From: Schmidtea polychroa
Taxonomy: Eukaryota
Assembly (NCBI GenBank): GCA_044892525.1
Contig: CM097885.1
Coordinates: 5,706,001 to 5,770,000 of the forward strand
Direction of reading: 5' to 3'
DNA: 64,000 nt
Within the stretch, counting starts at the first letter, position 1. Each line of letters begins with the position of its first letter. The position numbers and the translations under genes were made by a program. The notes under the pieces were generated by a model that was not told where the DNA came from, ran no database searches, and saw only the letters and a program-made list of their open reading frames with translations. Of this stretch, positions 24,476 through 36,729 are shown piece after piece.

Positions 24476-27400
24476 TCTACTTGAAAATACAAAACGTACA
24501 CAATGAATAGGAGAATGAACACGAATTTGAAGCAAAATGTAATGCAATGACAATATTGATTTGAAATTAATAAGATTCCAACAAATGAAAGTAAAATATA
24601 ATAATAATCATTTTCTAAAAAATTAATAGTAAATTTTACCAGTTTTAAGAAAAATTTGTTATGATTTACAAATTGGCGCTATCTTTATTATTTCTTTATA
24701 TTTATTTGATTTAAACTTATTATAATCAACATTCATATAATAATGATAATAATAATAATAATCACTACTCGGTCTGCAATAGTTATTTAAAAATATTTAT
24801 TCATCCAACATCTGTGCGAACAAATAAATACAAATTGAATAATCTGGCCATAGTGTTCATTTAACGTTATCAATACTATTGCACATAAAATGAATTAATC
24901 ATTAACTGCACAATTATAGAGCCAGATTACAATAATACTATTCATCGGATAAAATTTTTCTCCCAAAACGATAATGGAATATACAATTTGTACTACTTTT
25001 CAACTATTCAGTTTTTCCGAAAACTTTTTGATCTATTTACCGATCTATTATTCAAAGCATTCTATCTGACAAGTCTACACATGCTTCATGGTATTATAAC
25101 CAACTTTGGAGACACCGACATGTTCAGACAAGATTTTACCCATTTTCATAGTTTTAACTTTTTCTGAACTGGTTTCAACGAGGAAACGCAGTGATGCGCA
25201 ACGCGCAATTCAACTCAAGGGCGTGTTCAGACGCGCATTTGAGCAATATTGTATGGAAATTGTGTATCGGTGGTGAGGGTGAGTGGAGAATGATTGACGT
25301 AGGTACGGTACTTAAACGTTTTATGGTTGAGTGGAGATGGCGTTGTGAACGCTAATGATTTGAGAGTGTCAGTTGTGATGTGTGCTCGAAAGTTGGTGCG
25401 AGATTTGGATGCAATGTACAGGTATGGATGATTTACGTTTATGAAAGTCAGCCAATCAGAAACGCGATGTGTAACAATTATTTATTTCTTGATTTTAGGT
25501 TTCATTTCTTGTGGATTTGGATTTTTGCTGTAGTGTTCAGATGAAATTGAAATTTTATGAGATTTACAAAACGAAAATGGAATTTGTTTTTATTGATGTT
25601 AATATGTCTATCAATTGGAATAATGATTCGAATATTTACTTTTGAAAATGATGCTGGAAATTTGATTAGTTCTTCGATTCATGGTGATTTTCTCTCGGTT
25701 CGTTTCGTTGTTTTTGTCGATGTCGAATAAAACTTTGAGCGATTTTTCAGTACAGTATAGGTGGAATGGTTATATATATTTTTATTGATTTTATGGACTT
25801 TACTAATTAAATCAAGTATGTTTTATAAGTATTTTAAAATTCAGTTTTTAATAAAATTATGTATGGCTTTCTATTTTTGATTTAATTGATTAAAATAAAA
25901 CAGAAAATTGTCAAATTTGCAGGTATGGAAATGATTATTAATTATGTTACTATAGCATTTTGTACTTGTATATAAATTTATATGCACTTAAATAATTATT
26001 GTTAGTCGGTAATGGGATAATCAATGTATTAATAAATCATGTCCACTGGTCAGAACCATCAATTTTATTTGGTGTTATTAATCTCAGGATAGTGGTAATT
26101 TCAAAATTTTTTTTTATATATGCGTGAAATATTCCATTATAAATTCGTGTGTTGTATAAGTAGTGTTGATTTATGCGTCTTAGTGTTATTGACTTGACTC
26201 TATATGTTGGTCTGCCTTGTCTGTAATAAAATATCACAAGCGTCCTAAACAACTGTAGTGGAATTTCTATTCTAAAAATGTTAGTAAATTTTATTTATGG
26301 TGCCGATTATTGTATTCCGTTGGATTCTGAGAATGTGGCCTGATTCGTGATAATTATGGCCATCCGCCATGGATTTGATGATTCTTTCGTTGTCAGCAAT
26401 GGCCATTCCATATAGATTTTATAAAATGTCTCAAGTTTAAATGAAAAGCTTACACATTTGGCTACGAAATTCTCGAAACGAAATAGTCGATTCTGATGAG
26501 GTTACAAACATCCTCGTACAATTTTTGTTGTTAATTTTAAATTGGAAAATTTCAGCTGATTAAATACCCTTGTTGGATCAATATCCTGTTGCATGTGTCT
26601 TGCGAGCCGTGTTTGTGTGTGCTTGTTTATAATATATATATTATTAACATCGATTTTGTTTCCTATTGTTGTATAATATAATTGCCAATTTAATCTCACA
26701 TTGCTAATTCATACGCACATTTATTATAGGTAAACTAAGGTCTATATTATAAAAACCCAAATCAGTACCCATTCGATTGTGATCGGTTACCGGTCGGTGT
26801 GATTATTTACAAATTATGATGATAGTAAAGACGAAGGGCGGGTGAAATCGTACACCCGAAGAGCATGTAGATACACTGGTAAGACAAGACACTTGCAACT
26901 ATAAGTTTTTCCAAATATATTTCGGTTGGTGCGCATCTTGACAATGATTTTAATTGACATGCTTCTATACATCGAGTGCTCGTGATTGGAGCTTGATCGA
27001 ATTGTGCATTATTGACTCCTATAAAATCATGATATTGTGTTACAGGCTGTGGTTTGCAAATAAATCTTAGGCGTAATCAAAAATCAATTATCGTGTGTAT
27101 GGAATTAATAATCTGTTTCGAGGAAATTGCTAGCAGTGCATATAGGAATTTATTAGGAAATTATAAATCATACGAAGTAGCAAATCGTAATTAATTGGTT
27201 TCGACAAAATTACTCTATTTCGAAGATAGAATGTTCTTTGCTAAAAATGGTTGGATACGCCCAGAACAAAAGAATAATGTATGAATATCGTTACATCCGG
27301 ATTTCAGTAAATTCAAGGTTTGACAATAGGATAAGTAAGATAAGCTAATTTTATGAAAATAAATAAGTCTTCTCCTTGATAATGTGTCCTTGTTTGGTTG

Positions 27401-28732
27401 AATGGTTGAATGATGGGCCAGCAATTGGTTGAGGATTGGTTATGCAGGCTCTTGATAATATTTATGTCAATGAATTATTAAATGTTAATTGTTATTACGT
27501 TGATTAGTGAATGGATAAACCGAGGGAATGATAGCGGCTTTAGAAGGGGAACTTTTTGAGAATATACTGATAAATGAATATGTAATGGTATGAATGATTA
27601 TATGCAAATGATATATAAGAATGTATGGATTAGGGGGTTTAGGAAAAAGCAAGCTATATATGATTCTGGTATTGAGTTGTCGATACATACAGTGTATGAT
27701 AAGGACTATTTAAACCAATTATACTCTACAGGTAATACCTTCTACGCATACCAACCCAAGGGTAGAGTACCCAAGGATGTTAAATGCATCGGTAAAATGG
27801 AAAGACCAAACCATAAAAACGATTGAATAAACATTCAAATGAAAAATACGATAAAACTCGACAGATAACAAAGTACCAAACGATAAATAAAGCAAATGAT
27901 AACCATGTCTTAGCTTCTGCAAATGTGAATCTGAGACGAACAACATTATAGATAAAGAGATGAGTTTACCAGACGAAACCGAGCGAGTCAACAGATTCTA
28001 CTGAAAGTAAAAGAAAGTAAAGACAAGAAAAGACATCGAAACATCACGAATAGAAATGAACAAAATGAACAAAAGCGTTAAGTAAAAGAACAAAAACAAG
28101 AACTAAGCTTGCTGGTAACTCGAAAAATAAATCTGAACCAAAGACAATCGAGAATAACTGCGAAAAAATAAAATCACGGTACAAAAATAGAGCAAAAACA
28201 AATCGAAATAAAATCTTCGTGACAAAGGCACGAGAACTAAGTTAAAAGGCAGTGAAAAACTTTGCAAAATAGGCGAACATCACAGACACCCAGGGTACGT
28301 AGAAAATGAATTCTAAAACTTATGTAAAACGACTCGGGAGATTGACAAAGTATAGAGAGAAATCAATGAAAGTAAATATACAAGATACGAGAATAACATG
28401 ATAGGTATCAACGAAAATGATCCAGCGAAAGAAACCAGGAAGCCTAAGGTTAGCCAAAGTAATATGAATATACAAGACAGTTATACGTACGATGCTCATA
28501 TTAATAACCGGAAAGAAGTATGAAAAATTATCCAACGTCAACGATAGAGAATTGGAAACAATTAGAACCAGACGGGTGAAATATACAGTAAATGAAAGAG
28601 TACAGAACACTAAACTAAGAACAGTGGGGAGAGATCTAGCAAGTATCACGAATTACGAACCCACATACATAGAAAGGGTGATGACTATATATAGTGTGAA
28701 CAATGAATATATAAAGGTATATGATTATATAA

Positions 28733-28855
28733 ATATATATATATGTATATATATATATATATGTGTATATGTGTGTGTGTGTGTATATATGTATATATAT
28801 GTGTATATATATGTGTATATATGTATATATATGTGTATATATATATATATATATC
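28733..28855. repeat. (TA)/(TG) microsatellite
   Basis: Direct reading. Confidence 0.9.
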
Positions 28856-31472
28856 AGCGCGGTATAATTAGTATATAACTTCGGGAAGTAAAATGAAAAA
28901 AAATTCAGATAAAAGATTATGAATCAATATAGGTGAATTAATAGAATGAAACGGATCACAATGGAAATCAATCCCAATACCACCACAGGAGAAATATGGA
29001 AGCAGAAAAGCGTCATATTATCGTAAATAGCATTAGCTATACAGAAGTAAGGAATCTCATGGAGGAACAATCTAATCGAAAATTTGAACAATGAATTTGT
29101 TCGTGAGAGAATAATCAAGGCCAGAGAGGAAAAATTGAACTAAAGTGAAGAGAAATAGAACAACTCTAATGATAAAGTTAAATGCAAGAAATGAACTAAT
29201 AAGAATAGCTGGGGAAATCAAGGAGAGAAAGATATGATAAAAATGCAACGGATAATATCAGACGTTAAAAGGAAACGGGAAAAGGAAAATGCAGGGAGCT
29301 GAAGATGAAATACAAATAGCTGTAACAATTACAGCATTATATTCATGGAAAATAGTCATAAAATGAAGCATTCAATATACCGAGATGGAGGTGGAATGAG
29401 TAGAAGAACACTTGTACCGGTGGTTTCTGTTGGTAAAGGAGAAAACCAACGAACTATTAGCATGGTCATAGCATTGAAAAGAGACAGTAATGGCAGAACT
29501 GAGTGCCATAAAGAGGACTAATTGTATATAAATAATTGCATATATCGGTGTATACACCCCAACCAAAATGATATATAATAAAAGTAGAGGACCGATCACC
29601 ATAAACAAAGATAAAATAATGCGAAAAATCAAAAATATTAAAATCTACGCCTATTTAAGAGTAAGGAAAATCAATCAGAAAAAATGGACGTTTGGCAAAT
29701 ATTGTAGAGAGGACACGAGAACAAAATACTGAGAACCGAGAGAACACAAGATAATAAATAAATTAAATAATGAATGTCGGGGACGACATTTGGCGAAGAC
29801 GCGGAGGAAAAATGAGATCAAACTAAGATAACAACAAACGGGAGATCAAGATGAAAGTCAAAATGGACATGAGCAGTAATAGGAACAATCGGAAAAAAGT
29901 ATACAAAAACATGATTGACAGAAAATGAAGAGCACACATATAACAAAATAGAATATGAACAAATAAACACAATAAAAATGACAAGGAAAACACAGAACGA
30001 AATGAACAAACATGAAACAACAAATAACAAATTCACAGAAGGAAAGCAAGGCCAAAGACATTTGAACGAAAAGGCAAAACAGCGAGAAACGACAAATATA
30101 AAATGAAACATGATACAGAGAAACAGAACAAAAAATTGAAAGCTTAACATCACGACACGGCCAATTAAAATAACAATAGATGCTAACAAAAATGAGATCA
30201 ATTAGAAATATCGAACAAAAGTTTTAATTAGGAAAAACGAACATACTGCCAACTTTTACTATGGAGCAAAAAGTTACAATAATGAAAAACGAACGGACTG
30301 TCTACTTTTATTACGAACTATAAAGTTACAATTGTGGGAATTTCAATGATAAATTTGAATAAATTCAGAAATGATGGAAGCAATAATATCAACCACTCCA
30401 GGAACAGCTAGGGAGAAATGCGTACAGATGTAGATATCCAGATATAGATGGATATAGGTATATGAATATACGGTTATGGATAAGGGTATATGTATAAGTA
30501 TATGAGTGTATATGTAGACATAGATAAACAATTAAATGAGATAATGAAAATAAATGACCAATCAAAGTTACGCGCCAAAAGTAAAATAACAAATAGACGC
30601 GGAAATAAGTTAAAAACATAAAATATAGGGAGTGGAACAAAGAGGCCCATAAACAGAAAAACAACAAACAAATTTTGAAAACGTAAAATATACGAAATGA
30701 GAAACATTATGACGGGGAAATCAGTGAGGTAACATAAAAAATCAAAGATAAGGAAAATACACTAATACGGAAGCGTGATAAATTACAAAATTGAGCAGGG
30801 ATGGTTAATAAATAAACCATTGACGAATAGAAGGGTAACGAATAAAATGGATAAACAAATATTAACGAGTGATGCGAGAGGGATCTGCCTGAGGAAATAG
30901 TGAGCATATTAACGAGAAACAAGTCAACTAAAGCGGTAAGAGTAAAAGCGATAGCAATAAGACGTTAACTAGACAAGAGACGTGGACATATTTAGAATAA
31001 TGAAGAAGGACCAAGAGTAATTGAGATAAGTAGATTAAGAGCACGACGTAAAAATGAGAATAAAGTCCTACGAAAATTGAGAGCAAATGAATAAGGAAAA
31101 AATTTTTCTGTTAGGATTTAGGAAATCCACAACCTATGAGCTACGCTCAGCGTAGTACGGATAAGGCCCAGGAAAGTACCAACTGTCCTGACGAAAGATG
31201 TGGAACAGGGCCCATCGCATATACTGGAACATCTCTGCGTGTGACTGATCACCACACGATCGGAGATCGACCAGTGCGAGTGTTTCGCATCCGGAGTCAG
31301 GAGAGTGGGGAAAACCTGGAAGAGTAGTAAAAAGAAGCATGTAGGAGAAATAAAAAGAAGACCAAGTAAATGGGAAAAGAGAGAGCGAAGTAAAGAGAAA
31401 CAATTAGAGCTTAAAGACTAAATTGATAGATAACCGGTAGGCAGAATGATAGGGACAAGGACAGTCAAAGGA

Positions 31473-32155
31473 ATGCGAATAATAGATGCGAATAATAGAT
31501 GCGAATAATAGATGCGAATAATAGATGCGAATAATAGATGCGAATAATAGATGCGAATAATAGATGCGAATAATAGATGCGAATAATAGATGCGAATAAT
31601 AGATGCGAATAATAGATGCGAATAATAGATGCGAATAATAGATGCGAATAATAGATGCGAATAATAGATGCGAATAATAGATGCGAATAATAGATGCGAA
31701 TAATAGATGCGAATAATAGATGCGAATAATAGATGCGAATAATAGATGCGAATACTAGATGCGAATAATAGATGCGAATAATAGATGCGAATAATAGATG
31801 CGAATAATAGATGCGAATAATAGATGCGAATAATAGATGCGAATAATAGATGCGAATAATAGATGCGAATAATAGATGCGAATAATAGATGCGAATAATA
31901 GATGCGAATAATAGATGCGAATAATAGATGCGAATAATAGATGCGAATAATAGATGCGAATAATAGATGCGAATAATAGATGCGAATAATAGATGCGAAT
32001 AATAGATGCGAATAATAGATGCGAATAATAGATGCGAATAATAGATGCGAATAATAGATGCGAATACTAGATGCGAATAATAGATGCGAATAATAGATGC
32101 GAATAATAGATGCGAATAATAGATGCAAATAATAGATGCGAATAAGAGATACGAA
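31473..32155. repeat. 13-bp tandem array (ATGCGAATAATAG), ~52 copies
   Basis: Direct reading; almost invariant. Confidence 0.97.
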
Positions 32156-33138
32156 TATAAATGAGAATAATGGCTACGAATAGGAACGGAAATAACAGAC
32201 GTAAATATAGACGAGAATGTAAAAGGAAAGATAAACGAGAATATAGATGAGTACCTGGAAAGAAACATAGACGCGAATATAAACGAGAATAATAACTACG
32301 AATAATAAACGGAAATAACAGACGTAAATATAGATGAAAAGGTAAAAGGAAAGATAAACGAGAATATAGATGAGTACCTAGAAAGAAACATAGACGGGAC
32401 TATAAATGAGAATACAGCCGAAGTCATTGACAGATATATAACTGAAAATAAATAAGATCGTGAAGGAAAAAGACGAAAAACGAATTGAAAATAGACAACC
32501 GTGTAGGAGAATAGATGAGAATATAGAATGAATAATGGAGAACCGAGTCAAGAATAATAAATAAGTCTAAAAATTGGTAACGATAATGGAAAAAGAGAGA
32601 TATAAAGGACGACCAATAAGGTAAACGGAGGAAATTATAAAAATCGGAAACAAACATGAACAGAATAAAGACTACATCAATGAAGAAAACTAAGATAGAA
32701 ACAAGAATACAAGTAATGTAAGTCAATAGATAGAGATAAGCCAAGGAAAAAAGACAGTTAAAGTAGAGAAAACTATAGAAACGAAGAAAAGGAGTGTGAA
32801 TTAAATAAGAAGGATCGAAAAAATTACGTAGGAATTTGAGAACCAATGTGTAAACAAAACTAACGACGAAATGAATATTAAGATATGCCGGCACCCAAAG
32901 AAACCAAAGTAAAAATATTGCAATTGCACTATATAATATATATATTACAATTTATAAATATAATAAACGATAGGGAGAAGTGATATTTTTCTATTCAGGT
33001 AAATCAATCAATCAAGCCAACAGCCAAGTAACAGCAACCAACTAGAAGTTAGTGTCAAACAATTAAGCCAAGTTCGGAAATATTGAACCAATAACAAAGC
33101 ATACCAGATCAAAACAGTTAATAATAGAACCAAGTTTA

Positions 33139-35700
33139 TTGAAAGAAGAAGAATTAAAAGTTGCAAAGAAAGGAAGACGAACTATTAAACCCACGCAAGC
33201 ACAAGAAATCGAAAAGCAAAATCAAAAAGACATTTCAAAGACCCAAGGTCGATCCATAAAAGGAAGCAGTGAAAAGGATTTCGAAAACAATAGGCCAAGA
33301 AGCGTAATACGCGTATCAGAACCTCAGGAAGGAAAAACTCTATCTGAAAACAGAAATAATAAAAGTGCCATAAACCTAATAAAAGAAAAGACAAACGGAA
33401 AAAGAATACAATTAGAGATGGTAGATACAACAGCCCAAATGGAAGCGATCAACAAGAGACTCAGTGAAATGGAGATACCCAATTTCCAGGGAAAATATAA
33501 TGGCGAAAAATACGACGGAAAACCGAACAAACTATCAAACTTTATCCAACATTTTGAATCTTATTGCGATGCTCTAAAATGGACAAACGAAATGATAGTG
33601 AGAAGACTCCCACTATATCTAGCAGATGACGCGTTTAATTGGTACGTCGGAATAAAAGAGTGTACAACCCCACTAAAAACCTGGAAAGAAATTAAGGAAG
33701 CTCTGATAAAAACATTTGGAGAAGCAAAAGATGCACAATACAAATTTCTAGAATTCTTCAATCGAGGACAAGCAGTGAATGAATCAAATATACTTTACGC
33801 CAGCGCACTAAGACGTCTAGCCAAACCGCTGTTCAGTGAAAAGGATATGGAAACACAACTAGTAACCCAATTTGTAAAAGGATTGCAACGAGATGACATT
33901 AAAGGTGTAGTCGGATGCAAAATCTGCAAGACGCTGGACGAAGCAGTAGAGGCAGCGAATGTAAGCGAAATGTACACCAAAGTAACACAACCACCAAGTA
34001 GGAGGCACATCGCAGATAATCAACCCCAACACCACAGACAGTGGAGTCATAACAACAATAATCAAAGAAACGATAATGACAATGAAAGCAAGAGGTTGAA
34101 TAATAGAAACATCGAAAAATTTTGTGATGACTGCAAGAGACAAGGACACTGGCTCGAGGAATGTCATGGACAAAGAAGATGTTGGAATTGCGGTAAGAAA
34201 GGACATACCGCAGTGAGATGTGGAGTATCCAAAAAATGTTTCTCGTGCGGACAAGGAGACCATCTAGCAGTTGCATGTACGAATAAAAGAAACCAACAAC
34301 GGGGTGACAATAGGGATACGTCAACAAAGCAACTATCTGAAATGCAAAATCAAATAACAATTCTCACAGGACTGTGCAGTAACATGATCGATTATCAGTT
34401 TCAAGCGGAAGGAAAACAACAATCAAGAATAAATGTATTACAATGTGTGGGAGGCACATTACAAATTCAAAATATCCAAACAAAACAACAACGAGAATGG
34501 AATACCTTACAGATCGCGGAAGCACGAGAAGCGGAAGAAAGATGGAGTAAACGAAAAGAACCTCAGGCAAGAAGAGAAGAAAAATATTGGAGAACGAGAA
34601 AGGAAGAACTTTTAAAAATGGATATAATGAGACTAACCACCAACGACAACCAGAAGGAAAAGATAGAAAGAATGTGGGAAAGAGAACAAAAAAGAGTAAT
34701 ACAAATCAATATGATGAGAATGATAACGAGCAACGAAATAGATTTACAAAAAATTCCGGACTCAAGGATCGAAAGCGAAATAATTGAAAAACTGGAACAG
34801 GTAATATTAGACCATCAAAACATCAAACCATTTGAGGACAATCAGAGAGATTATACCGGCATCGATAGTCAGGTTGGAATTGCAGTAATCCCGGAAAAGC
34901 GCGAATCGGAGAATGGCGAAAATCACGAAAAACGAAATAATGAAAAAACGCAAGAAAAGTACCATGACATAAACACGTTAAAAACTGAAAGCGAGTGCGA
35001 ACCAGATATCGAATGGGACGCAAGTACAAACAATTACGGGAACGAATACCAACCACAAGGACATAATGAGCGCTATCGGTTCTTCGATAAGACGCATGGG
35101 AATTGTGAGAAAAATGAGCACGGAAAAAATAAATGTCGCCGCATAAAAAGGTGTTACGAATGTAAAAGAACTGGACATTTGGTCAATAACTGTCCGAATG
35201 GGACCAATCCAGTGAGAGATCAGTCACGAGAATACGCCACAGAACAAAACAATAAAGACTATGTCGAAAACAGAATTTGTCAGCCAGGGATACGAAAACA
35301 TCAATCTCCAATGTTAATAAAACAACAGTCGACAAATGTACAGAGACGGACAAATGACGTGAAGGAACAGGTGAAACCCAACGCATACGAGGAACTGAGG
35401 AGACAATGTGTGGAACAGTGCAGGTTAATAATGGAACTGGTTGTAAAAGAAACGAGACAGGATGAATTGATAATGATATGGAGAAAAGTCGCAGAAAACA
35501 AAACAAGAGAAAATGAGGTACTTAAGACAACGATACTCCGACTAAAAGAAGAAGCAAGGTCAGCCGAATTAAGAATCAATGAAATAACGGGTAATCGAAA
35601 AAAATGCAAAGATGGGGCAGAAGAGACACAAATGGTGACGGCCAAGGAAAAGAAGAAGGGTAGTCCAAAGGATGTGGCGGAAATTAAAGAGGAAGCGTAG
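33139..35700 (+). CDS. gag: Retrotransposon Gag with multiple CCHC zinc knuckles and C-terminal coiled-coil extension (first ATG 33418)
   Basis: Capsid-like region KYDG…FIQHFESYC…W…LPLYLADDAFNWY…TWKEIKEALIKTF…Q…ES…QFVKGL. Knuckles CDDCKRQGHWLEEC, CWNCGKKGHTAVRC, CFSCGQGDHLAVAC and CYECKRTGHLVNNC. Confidence 0.92.
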   Translation: MKEEELKVAKKGRRTIKPTQAQEIEKQNQKDISKTQGRSIKGSSEKDFENNRPRSVIRVSEPQEGKTLSENRNNKSAINLIKEKTNGKRIQLEMVDTTAQMEAINKRLSEMEIPNFQGKYNGEKYDGKPNKLSNFIQHFESYCDALKWTNEMIVRRLPLYLADDAFNWYVGIKECTTPLKTWKEIKEALIKTFGEAKDAQYKFLEFFNRGQAVNESNILYASALRRLAKPLFSEKDMETQLVTQFVKGLQRDDIKGVVGCKICKTLDEAVEAANVSEMYTKVTQPPSRRHIADNQPQHHRQWSHNNNNQRNDNDNESKRLNNRNIEKFCDDCKRQGHWLEECHGQRRCWNCGKKGHTAVRCGVSKKCFSCGQGDHLAVACTNKRNQQRGDNRDTSTKQLSEMQNQITILTGLCSNMIDYQFQAEGKQQSRINVLQCVGGTLQIQNIQTKQQREWNTLQIAEAREAEERWSKRKEPQARREEKYWRTRKEELLKMDIMRLTTNDNQKEKIERMWEREQKRVIQINMMRMITSNEIDLQKIPDSRIESEIIEKLEQVILDHQNIKPFEDNQRDYTGIDSQVGIAVIPEKRESENGENHEKRNNEKTQEKYHDINTLKTESECEPDIEWDASTNNYGNEYQPQGHNERYRFFDKTHGNCEKNEHGKNKCRRIKRCYECKRTGHLVNNCPNGTNPVRDQSREYATEQNNKDYVENRICQPGIRKHQSPMLIKQQSTNVQRRTNDVKEQVKPNAYEELRRQCVEQCRLIMELVVKETRQDELIMIWRKVAENKTRENEVLKTTILRLKEEARSAELRINEITGNRKKCKDGAEETQMVTAKEKKKGSPKDVAEIKEEA

Positions 35701-36729
35701 ATGAAAATAGTAAAAAGGAAGTGAACATATGTAAAAATTGATGTATAAATAGCAAATTAAATGTACTAGATGTATAGGTATAAATTGATGTATAATGTGG
35801 CAAAAGATCGATGTATAAATAGAAATGGATCAAGTAATCAGTTGAAAAAATACTAAATTTGAACCCTTACAATGGTAAAGGAGAACAGAGGCTCAAATGA
35901 GAAGAAAGAATATAAATCCAGAAGAAAGATAAAGATGCAAACCTAGAAAGAATGAGTTAAACGAATATTTAAAAATAATACCTAATTTGGAACCCCTAAA
36001 CAAAGAACGGTAAAAGATCCTGATAAATGAGACGAAAGTCACAGACCCAGTGACATTAGAAACTTAATCAAATCAAGCGAACTTAGACCAAAATCGAAAA
36101 TAATTTGAGTTACCCACTAGAGGAAGAAAATCCCTTAATAAGAACAATACCGTAAACAAAAACCACCGGGAAAAACCAAAAGAAAAATCTATGTGTCAAA
36201 TCACCCTTTTAAACAAAAATCCCGAAAACCCTGGAGCAAGGTCTGTCAACTACCATCAAATGATCCAGAAAACCGGAATCCCAGCCTAAAAATTCAAAGA
36301 GAATCAGGGAAAAACAGTCAAATCCTGATAGAGAGAATCCTATGATCTTCAGTAAATATTACGACCTAACTATGAAAATCAACAGCAGGAACCAAACAGG
36401 CCTACACAACCCAGACGAAAGATGGAAAACCGAGCCCAGAAACGAGAGAAACAACCAACTGATGAATTTATCCAGAAATAAAACTTTTGCATATGACTCG
36501 TACTTGAGTTTGGACACTGTATCAGTATGTATGTGTATTATGACCAGTCACTGTATGTGGCAACTGCTTGAATTTGAGCTTAGACCTTTTTCTGCTAATT
36601 GAATTCTAACATGTCTTAAACTATTATAGTATGTTTATAGGTTAATGGGAATGTAATAGACTATGACCTGGGAAATTCATATGTCTAACAGAATTGCGGG
36701 ACGCAATTTTAACGGGTCCCGGAGTGATT

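Noticed and set aside
26470..26505. Hammerhead-like CGAAA…CTGATGAG
   Set aside because: No supporting stems.
31165..31215. Hammerhead ribozyme (GAAA…CTGACGA)
   Set aside because: Stems I-III and the NUH site cannot be formed in the required arrangement.
31418..32268. 236- and 267-aa repetitive ORFs
   Set aside because: Artefacts of the stop-free 13-bp array.
28320..35645. Many hydrophobic minus-strand ORFs
   Set aside because: Shadows of the A-rich plus strand and of gag.
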